From Vitrella brassicaformis CCMP3155 (taxonomy: Eukaryota; Protista; Chromerida), in NCBI GenBank assembly GCA_001179505.1, contig CDMY01000538.1, positions 1 through 55,804 on the forward strand: 55,804 bases of DNA. Reading direction: 5' to 3'. Position numbers and translations under genes: made by a program. Shown piece after piece: positions 1 through 9,309 of the stretch. The notes below the pieces were generated by a model. That model was not told the DNA's origin, searched no databases, and was given only the letters and a program-made list of their open reading frames with translations. Position 1 is the stretch's first letter. The number at the start of each line of letters is the position of its first letter.

Positions 1-125
1 CGAAAGGCTTCGGCAGGGATGCAGGATGATAGTAAGAGATCGATCGAATCGAAAGGCTCACAGACATATCATATGATACCTCTTTCGATTCCTCTCTATG
101 TCCCCCGCCGTCCGGTGAGGACCCG

Positions 126-682
126 GTGACCTGCCTCAAGTGCGGGAAGGTGATGCACGGCGGCATCACCAGCCCTGAAAAGCCCAACGGGCTGCACATA
201 AGCGCAGACACACACACAGGTCTGCTCCAGAACGCACCCTTTCTCTGCAGGCGTACATCAAGTGCCCCAAGAACTGCCCCATCGGTGATGACGACGACGA
301 CGAGAAGGCGTCGCCCGTCCTGATGCTGCACACGCTGGCCGTGGCCGCTGCGTACACGTACCGCACCACGGTCGCCAGCGGCTCGCTATACGATTTCGAG
401 CAAGGTACCTCCTGCACACAAACGCCACACACACACACACACACACACACACATCCACCCACCCCTCCCACACAGCGACGCCTCTCTTTCTCTCTCTCTT
501 CTCTGTGTGCAGAGTTCAGCGACGCCATCGACGCAAACGACAAGGACGCCGTCCAGCTGTGGGCTGCTCTCGCCAAGGCTGATCACCAGTCAGCTCTGGG
601 CAAGCTCCTCAAGAGCGTGGACCCCAAGAAACTCGACATCAAGAAGGCCAAGGAGATCAAGAAGAAGCTGGACAAGAAGTGA
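126..682 (+). CDS. 3' part of a hypothetical protein with a Cys-rich segment and Lys-rich C-terminus; 5' end unresolved
   Basis: In-frame GT-AG introns 150-250 (likely) and 405-512 give ...TCLKCGK|AYIKCPKNCPIG...YDFEQ|EFSDAIDAND...KKKLDKK*. No family recognised. Confidence 0.55.
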
Positions 683-1311
683 TTCCACACACACACACAC
701 ACACACATATCTCTTCATCGGTCATTTTGCGTTGACGCCCTGACCTGCCATCGTTTTAGTCTGCACCTCCCGGCCAAACCACACCTGCTCTGCCTCTTCA
801 TGCCTGCTCGTGCTGCGCTGTGCTGTCCTGTGCCATGCGTCTGCTCGTCCTCGTGCCTGTTTCATGCTGCGTACCTTCTCTGCCTGCGTTCTGCCTGTTC
901 ATGCTCGTGCCTGTTTCGTGCTCCGTGTTGGTCACCCGACACCACACACACACACACACTCACACACACACCTGCATGACCTGTGATGTGCCGTGCCTTT
1001 TCTTTATTCAAGCCACTCACTCACCTTCATGCTGTTCCATGATGGAATGCTTCATGTATGTGGACACACCTCCCCATTCTCCTTCAACAGCGCTGTCACC
1101 TGTGGGGGTCGTGCATCGCGCTCAGCTCGCTGGGCGCCTTACTTGTCCGGCAAAAAGACCCGAAGGAGAGGAAACGATATTGTCCCAACTACACCCAACC
1201 AACGCGAATCCCTCCGGGGTTACAGACACGAGTCTCGTTAAACACACTAACCAACCAACGCTCTCATCATCGCATTATCGCAGCAATCGGACTTGTCCCC
1301 CGCCCCGCCCG

Positions 1312-3882
1312 ATGAAGGCCATGATGATCGCATTCTGCTCCTGCCTCCTCCTGTCCTCTCCCATCGCCGCATGCCAGGCGGCACCCTCCCCCCGCCGGCG
1401 TGTCCAGGTGGAGCCAGTGCCGCTGGATAGCGCCGTCACAACCACCACCTCCAAGGCGGCGAAAGCGGTACGTCCGTGCAAATGACACGCCTGTTTGGAG
1501 AGATCTGGCATGATGTGCACTGCCTGCATCGCTGTATGTCATTTCTGTGTCAGGTGCAAGCCCTTCAGGACTTCTACATCACCCCCCTGCTGGTGGCCTG
1601 CCGCACCGGTGACATAGAAGCTGCCCGCGACGCGTGGGTGCCGGCCAAGGGCACATGGGCTACTGTCGAGGCGCTCAGCTATGCCTTCCCCGAGACGGCC
1701 GCCGACATTAATGCTCGAGCTTACGAGGTGGACGGAGGGCACACCAACCCCGAGTTCACCGGCTTCCAGCGAGTCGAGATGGAGGTAGGCGACAGACAGT
1801 CAGGCAGGAAGCTGTTGGAGCGACGGAAGGAAGCCTGTTCCATTCATTGCATTCATTGATGCAGCTGTGGGGAGCCAACACGACGGCCTCGTGTGCTGCG
1901 GTGACAGCTGTGATGGATGAAGCGGCCACATCAGTACTGGGCCTCCTGAACAATGGGACCAGCACCCCCTTCACAGCCGACGGGCATCTCCGGAGCCTGG
2001 TGGCGCTCACGGAGGACATGCTCACCACCAAATTCAGCCAGATGGAGGCGCCATTCTCCCTCGTGCACAGATAGTAATCGGTGTGTCGTTGCTGATTGTT
2101 TGGCTGCTTTGGTTTCTCAGGTCTGACCCTGTTCATCCTTCACCAGAATCTGCGTGGCATTGAAATGCTCTTTTCGCCCTTCGAGGCTGCCATTGAGGCA
2201 GTCGACCCTGCCGCTGCGAAAGGCGTCATCGATGGTGTGCACGACTCCATCACTGCTGCGATCGACGCCATCTCGGCCGGCGTGCGCCTGTCCAGCCAAA
2301 ATACCCAATCTGCGTGGGGCAGCTGGGAGTCTGTGCCCATGTATCAGGTGCGCACACACCCCACACAGCAGCAGGGAGGAGACGTGGCCAGCCGTGTTTA
2401 TGTTCTGTGCGTGCACTTATCGTCCGCGTATGCTGTGTGAATGTGTATGCAGAAGAATGTGATCTATCGCAAGATGGAGGCCGTGCGCGATGCACTCAAG
2501 GCAGCCGCTGATGTGCTGGACATCGATGTCACGCCCGAAGCCGAAGGCGAGCGACGCCAGCTCACGAGATGGGGCACACAGCGACGATCGCTGCAGAAGA
2601 CCAGCGAATATGCTGCGCAGACCTCAGAAGGTGAGAAGAGGGAGCCACGTGGATTCCCTGATCTTTCACGCTCACATTGATCCATCCATCCATCACGTGT
2701 TTATGTCTGTAGGAGTCGCTTACTTCCTTGAGCAGGCCCAAACGATGTTGACCCACGTCGAAGCGCTGGCTGAATTGGCTGCGAATGCCACTGAGGCGGA
2801 CTCTATTACCAACACGACTTGGGCTGAGCTGGGGGCAGCCTACGAGCTCGCGAGGCCGGAATACGAACAGATCGAGGTGGGTGGGTGAGTGGGAGGGTGG
2901 ATGAAGGGAAACGGATCAGAAAACGAGGATACTGTACAAGTGTCAGTGCACTTTCGGCCGTGTGTGTGTGTGTGTGTTACATTGCGTCTATGCGTGTCTC
3001 ATTCAGACATTGGCCGGTTGTTTCGAGCAAGAGGACAGCGACATTGACGCCCGCCCCTATGCATTCCCCCTCGGCGAAGACGACCCTGATTTCCGCGGCT
3101 CGCACAAGATCGAGCGACTCATCTTCAGGGACAGGAACCCCTTCGAAATCAAGGTGAGTGAGTGAGTGAGTGATGCATCCCGGACGACCACACAGTTGGA
3201 AGACGCAACACACACCATCTGTGTGTTATGCAGGCGTACGCAGACGGTCTTGTGAACAGCACTTTGGACCTGATCGCGAAGCTGGAGGCCGACGAGTGCA
3301 CACCACTGATGAGTTTCGAAGGCATGGTCGGCCTGGCTGTTGAAGTGCCCGCAAAGAAGATATCCGGTAGGTTAGGGGTGGAGTACAGAGACGTGTGACG
3401 TGACGACAACCACATTGCTCACACGTCTGTGGTGTGTTTTGTTGGGGGATGCATGGAATACAGGTGAGGAGGAGGCTGTGTCTGGCCTGTCCGGGTTGAT
3501 TTTCGACCACAATGTCAAAGGCATCTGGAGCCAGTTCGAGCCATTCGAAGGCGTCGTGTCGGCAGAGACCTTCGCCGACGCACAGGGGCATAAGGAGGCT
3601 CTCGAGGCCCTCATGGAGCCGCTCGTCACACCCGAGTAAGACGAACAGACAGAGAGAGAATGCCACCGACGCGTCTGTCTGTCATTGTGGTCTGTCTCTT
3701 CATGCAGGTACAAGCCTTACAGCGAGTGGACAATGGCACAGAAAGTGGAGTTGGTCCAGGAGTTCTACGGTCTCGCTTCGGCCATTGCCCGGGCGGGCAG
3801 CGAGCTGGGCATCTTCGACGAAAGTCACGAATTCTACAATCTGACAGACGAGATCTTGCCCACATCCTTGGCGAGTGCCTGA
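1312..3882 (+). CDS. Secreted protein with two tandem imelysin-like/Peptidase M75 (EfeO/EfeM-type) domains; candidate iron-uptake protein
   Basis: About 10 exons. Signal peptide MKAMMIAFCSCLLLSSPIAACQA. Repeat 1 has INARAYEVDGG..FTGFQRVEMELW and TKFSQMEAPFS; repeat 2 has YEQIE..IDARPYAF..FRGSHKIERLIF and KKISGEEEAVSGL..FDHNVKG. These match the EfeO motifs IDAR..FTGFHRIE and KITGEEE.YS...ANV.GA. One junction (~2060-2120) has no clean donor. Confidence 0.75.
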
Positions 3883-5351
3883 GCGATGCTGCGCTGCGAT
3901 CAAGTGACGGCTGACTGCTCTGGTGATGGCATGTGAATGGAAGGAATGGATATGCATGTGTGTGTGGACTGGCTGCATGGACTGGTTGGTGCATGTGTGT
4001 GCCTGCGGATTCTGCATGGAAGGGCGGATGCACGCAGTGGTTGGTTTTGTTTCGCTTTTTCCTACTAACGCCAGCTGGGTTTTGTTTCACGCCGGCTGGA
4101 TGTCGGGTGTGGCATTGGGGGGAAGGCTCTGGTTCGGGCGCGGCGCTGTGAGAACTGGACTTGACGTCTGTCGTGTGTTTGTGTGTGTGTGTGGGTGGTA
4201 GTGTCTGTCAACACGTAGCCATCTAGAGGTCCGTATGGGCCAGCTTGCTGCTGACCGGCAGACCAAGCACTCCATCTAATGCACACGCTTTATCCAGTAT
4301 GTGTACCCATTGCTTGGCGTGTTGGCCCCAGTCTTTCCAGTTGTGTGGTGACATTTTCGGTGGGTTGCCCTGCCAGTCAGTCCCTAGAAGTATGTGCGTG
4401 TGCATGATTGGCTGGGTGGTTTTTCTGACTTTGCAAGGCTGCTCAGCCGCTGCTGTGCAGAGAATGTGCGTGCAACATTTTGAGTTTTGAGCGCACCGAA
4501 GCGCCAAACGAGAGATGCGAAGTCGCTGGCTGGCTGCCTGGCCGGCATATCGTGTGTTGACATGACATCTAGTGCGTGCGGACATGGAGAGGGGTGAGGT
4601 GGGCGAGTGGAGCCCAGTGGCTTCTCTCTCTGCGTGTGTGTGTGTGAGCAACGTTCACGGGACTCCTACCTACAACAGCGTCGTCGAGATGAATTCACAT
4701 TCTTATAGGGCTGATGCGCTTCATGTACACCGCCCCAACAGTGACTCAATGAATCTTTCACACATTAGCTGGTCACGACGGATTTGTGCACAGCACATCC
4801 AAGCTCCTCGCCTATCGACTGCCCTCTCCTCTCTGGCATGTCTGTCTGTCAGTCTGTCTGTCTGTCTGTCTGTCGGTTGGGACAGCTGGTCGTCTGTGTC
4901 GTTGTCGCGACCGAACACAACCCTCTCATAAAGGGACCACGATCGCCTTTGGGAGCCGTGCTGTCGCTCTCGTCAAGTCTCGAGTAGGAACAGCTTCGCG
5001 TCACAGATGATGTGTGTCGCCAACTCATCGCAGTAAAGATCAATCCTGACACACACACACATGCACACACACACAGACATCAGTGCTGCTGTGAGTGTAT
5101 CCATCAGGTGCCTTGTGTTGCTCACCTGACTGCCTTCAGCTGTCTGGCGCATGGAAGTATCCCTCCCTCCCTCCTTCCCTCCCGCCCTCCGGCTGCTCTT
5201 CCCTCTCCCGGTGGCCACATCGGTCAGTCAGTGCACCAGGCCAAGTCGCCAGACCAGCAACGCGATTTCTTGATGATCACCAACAGATGCCGTCGCCTCA
5301 TGAGTGTGCTTAGCCCATCTGAGGCGACTGCATCTGCAGCTGGTCGATGAG

Positions 5352-6784
5352 TCATAGTGCGATGGCCACACGCGGCGAGACTGCAGCTGTCTGAGTCGTG
5401 CTGGCGGTTGGGAGGGGGGCGGTGGTCTGGTGATCACTCACGGCCTTCGCCATCAGCTCGGGGTAAAGAGGGAAACTGACGTCGGCTGGCGATGCTGTGG
5501 ATGACTCAGCTAAAGCATTGCGGGATGGTGAAGCCGCTTGCTCGTCACGTGGCGAACAGAGACCTGCTGACGGCAACAGACACACACGCACCGAGACAGA
5601 CAGACATAAGGATGGATCACGATGGACCGCTGTTCTTTGTCTCGCCTACCGGCCTGTCCCCTGTCTTTGAATAGGCAATGCTGTAGCTGCATCTCCCGCC
5701 TGTGTGCGATGGCGGCCTTCTTGGCGCCCTCATAGCCCAGCTGACGCACAGAAAAGAGCTTCTCCTTCTTCTTGTGCCCCTCGTACCAGCTGGCCACCCA
5801 TGCGCTGCTGCCACTGTGGCGGTAGACGCCCCTGACGCCGCTCTGATGCTCTGATCGCTTCTTGACCGCCCCCCTCACTGCCATTCCGCCCATGTTGTCA
5901 GGGGCAGATATGGTGCCGGCGACAGGAGCACATGGCACAGGAGGATGCTAAGCAGAAGAAGCACATGGCAGAGGAAGATGCTAAGTGATTTGTCCAGACC
6001 TCCTTGCCCTTCCTGCTGTGTTCCTACCTGTTGGCATCGTCTTCTGAATGCCCAAAACCATTGGTCGCTCGCCTTGAAGTTGCTTTCGCCCAGCTGACGG
6101 GCGATATCCATTGCCTTGGCCTTGGTGTCCTTTCGGCGGATGCTCGTGGAATCACCCTGTGTCGCCACCCACTGACGCATCTCGTTCTCGATCTGCCGAT
6201 ACCTGACCCAGGGCTGCCTGATGCGCTTATTGGAAGCAGATAGGTACACCTGCGTGCCCTGCTCTATCTGCTTCTTGATGGCGTAGTACACCTCCTTGAA
6301 ATGCTTTACGTCGATGCCCTTCTCGTCTGCGAACTGAGGCATTGTGATTTCCTCTCCGTTGATCTTTCGCGATTCAAACTCCTGCACCAGCAGCAGCCTC
6401 CCTGCGGTTGGTGGGGGAAGGGACGCCGCTCGCCCTCTGTGTGAACCGTCAGCCGCTGGTGGGGGCTGCAGCATCGACGGATGTGGAGGGGCAGACTGAT
6501 GAGTGGGCTCTTCGGGAGCTGGCGTGCTTAGCATTGAAGAATGACGAGTCGACGACTGAATGGAACAGGCAAGAAACAGTACAGATGTCACTGTCCGTCG
6601 AGTCTGTTGGCCAGCTCACTTGTGAGGGACCATAGCCATCATTATTCTGCCTGCCGCGGGTGATGACCGGGAGGTTGGTGTGGGTGAAGTGGGCTGCAAT
6701 CAGCGGTGAGGCTGCAGCCGTCTGAGCCGTGCTGGCGGGTGGGAGGGGGGCGGTGGTCTGGGGAGCCGTCACGGCCTTCGCCAT
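5352..6784 (-). CDS. CENP-B-type HTH (Tc5/pogo) plus AP2 domain protein; distal half of multi-AP2 locus 1
   Basis: Exons 6620-6784, 6028-6555, 5650-5947 and 5352-5563 are joined in frame by GT-AG introns 6556-6619, 5948-6027 and 5564-5649. AP2: HQSGVRGVYRHSGSSAWVASWYEGHKKKEKLFSVRQLGYEGAKKAAIAHRREM. Confidence 0.7.
6031..6350 (-). mobile_element. Transposase-derived DNA-binding region (CENP-B N-terminal-like HTH plus HTH_Tnp_Tc5); no catalytic DDE domain or TIRs seen
   Basis: RYRQIENEMRQWVATQGDSTSIRRKDTKAKAMDIARQLGESNFKASDQWFWAFRRRC matches the Tc5/CENP-B HTH pattern Y..LE..L..W......I..KA..IA..LG...FKAS.GW...FK.R. It is preceded by ITMPQFADEKGID. Confidence 0.8.
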
Positions 6785-8863
6785 CAGCTCGGGGTAAAGA
6801 GAAAAGCTGAGGTCGGCTGGCGATACTGTGGATGACTCAGCAGAGCATTGCGGGATGGTGAAGTCGCTTGGTCGTCACGTGGCGAGCAGAGACCTGCTGA
6901 CGGCAAAACAGGGACACATGGAAAGACAGACAGACAGAGAGAGAGAGAGAGACAGATGGATCACGATGGACCGCTGTTCTTTGTCTCGCCTACCGGCCTG
7001 TCCCCTGTCTTTGAATAGGCAGTGCTGTAGCTGCATCTCCCGCCTGTGTGCGATGGCGGCCTTCTTAGCGCCCTCATAGCCCAGCTGCCGCACAGAGAAG
7101 TGCTTCTTCTTCTGTTTTCCACCGTCGTACCAGCTGGCCACCCATGCATTCTTGTTGAAGCTGACGCCCCTGACGCCACTCTCTGATCTCTGCTTGACCC
7201 CCGCCCGTCCGATGCGCTCCATCTTGCGACGGTGCTTCTCGGCCAGCGCCTGAGTCGACAACACACACACACACACACACACACGAGAGACCTAGAGAGA
7301 TGGAGAGATTGGGGTGATAGACGGCGCCACGCGCACCTTGGCCTTGTCGAATCCATGGTTACTAGCGCTGAAGAACTTGTGTTTCCACCTCTTGTCGACC
7401 TTCTCGACCCATGAGGCTACCCACGATCGGCTCGACGTAAGCCAACAGACCCCCGGTACGTCCGAGGTGAGCGTCGGAACACGTCTGGTGAGGACCGTCT
7501 TGTTTGTCTGGCCCATTGGTCGTCCTTCATGATGCGAGTCGTGCTGGGGTGGCTCTGTGCGCCGTCTCTTCGGAGAGCGGCTGCCGTCCGGCGATGGGTC
7601 TCGGCCATTGCAGGGGGTGACAGGGGGGCTGCTTGGCATATGGCGCTTCGGAGGATCAGGCAATCCTGAATGGCACACAGGCGGACAGCCGAGACGATGG
7701 GCGAAGTGGTGCATCCCGGCTGAGCCAACTGGGTGTCCACTACCCTGGTCGTGGACATCACGCCGGTCAGACGCTACACAAACATCTGATCAGCAGACAC
7801 ACAGGCAGATCAATCCTGCCCTTCCTTGCCCTGTGTTCTCTCCTCTAACCCGTCGGCCTCCACCGGATTGCCTTTGTCTGCCGGCCGGCCACCGTCACTG
7901 TGGCGATCTCATACCGACCGCCACTCTCAGGATCAGTCGCACGCACGCCCTCCAGCAGCTTCGTCAGCATGATGTCTTCCTCCACCCTGCTGCTGCCATC
8001 CATGTCAGCGGCCGACGTGGCGGCTGGCTGCCCACCAGCCCTGGTCTCATGAGGCCCCGCGCCGCCGTCTCTTGTGTCGGTCTCCTTTTCATCCACAGCG
8101 CCCTGACGATGGGGCTCGGCAGGAGGGATCGGCAAAAGCCTGCCACGATTGTCGTAGTAGTAGTGCAATCGCTCCATCTCCCGCCTGTGCGCTATGGCGG
8201 CCTTCTTGGCGCCCTCCATACCCAGCTGCCGCACAGAGAACTTCTTTTTCCTATCGATGCCGCTTTCACGCCAGGTGGCCTGCCATGCGCTGTTGGAGCT
8301 GTTGAAGCTGACGCCTTTGACACCGCTTTGATGACCGATATCGGCCGCGTGGAGGCGGTTGCGGGGGGACGACGGACGATGGCAGTCCGGCGGTAGCCTG
8401 CTATCTTGCCGCCAGGTGAAGGCCAAGGCGACACTACCACGTCCATCGCCCGTCGGTGTGCGGTGGCGGTGGTCAGCGGCATCGATGGGTACTGTGGTGC
8501 GACGCCATAGCCAGGGACGCCAGCAGGATAACAAAGGGCCGGGAGGCTGGGAGGCCGCAAGGGGATGTGGGATGCAGGATGGCCTACCCCAACAGGGCCG
8601 CTCACACCTACTCGTGTGGCCGACACCGATAGCGGATGACAGCCGGGTGTGAGTGGCGATGACTGCCCATAGTGGCCCATCATGCCGCCTTGGAAAGGAC
8701 CCAGAGAGAAGGGCTGCTGCTGATCAACAATGGCCGCCCCATCAGCTGCGCCGCCACGATGAATGCCCGATGCTTGTGCTGGCGGCGGGAGAGAGGGAGC
8801 ATATGGGGCTGCAAAGGGGGAAGCCGGAGCACCGCTTGCAGGCACCAAGTCAGCTTCACTCAT
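6784..8863 (-). pseudogene. Proximal half of multi-AP2 locus 1 (three AP2 domains), with two 1-nt deletions relative to its paralog; pseudogene, split gene or assembly error
   Basis: AP2 domains at ~8160-8335 (HQSGVKGVSFNSSNSAWQATW..KFSVRQLGMEGAKKAA), ~7230-7480 (SDVPGVCW..SWVASWVEK..FDKAK|ALAEKHRR) and ~7020-7200. Introns 7774-7849, 7250-7336 and 6894-6993. Deletions at ~8334 and ~6842. Confidence 0.55.
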
Positions 8864-9048
8864 CCAACCAACGAACCATCGTCAAGGGCCGCGGTAGACC
8901 ACAGCTCATCTGGATCTTGCTGCAGATGGTCAGGATCTGTCATTGCCGTGCTAATCAGAGGGCGGAGGCACTCGTTGGAGGGATCGCCTTTTGCGAGCTA
9001 CAAAGCGCATCAAACTGCGCTATGGCATCTTGCACAAGGCGGCTTAGG

Positions 9049-9278
9049 ATGAGCTGCCAGAAGGTCAGCCTTTTGTCCCTTGTCGTGGCTTTCCTGACGT
9101 TTTTCGGCAAGGAAGGCACGGCATTTGTTCAGCCTCTGCGACCTGGCGATGCCGCAGGAGGCAGCGGCAGGACCTTAGGCGCGTGGAGGAGGAGGCGGCC
9201 GACGACAGATGTCCATCTGCCGGCTGCAAGGCAGGAGGTAAACCACACACGTGCCCCTCTGTGAGATGCGCTGTGTTG

Positions 9279-9309
<31 letters not shown>

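Larger units (their letters stand above)
5352..7210. repeat. Internal direct duplication of a ~500-nt module (AP2 exon + intron + following exon): ~5375-5860 vs ~6703-7210
   Basis: Long near-identical stretches including the intron, e.g. gatggatcacgatggaccgctgttctttgtctcgcctaccggcctgtcccctgtctttgaataggca at ~5611 and ~6956. Confidence 0.95.
4883..8863. repeat. Left arm of an inverted segmental duplication; right arm ~31573-34545
   Basis: The reverse complement of 4883-8863 is colinear with 31573-34545 through exons, introns and 3' non-coding DNA (e.g. 4921-5050 vs 34360-34490). Confidence 0.95.

Noticed and set aside
425-972. CA-repeat blocks as a CRISPR-like array or as binding sites for the local AP2 proteins
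   Set aside because: Simple microsatellites with no spacer structure; nothing in the sequence links them to these AP2 domains.
5948-5985. 33-nt imperfect duplication creating a second acceptor (cacttag) in intron 5948-6027
   Set aside because: Using it adds an in-frame TAG; treated as a local duplication, not an alternative exon.
5900-6600. Possible intact pogo/Tc5 transposon
   Set aside because: No DDE catalytic domain, terminal inverted repeats or TA target duplication could be found; only the DNA-binding part is present.
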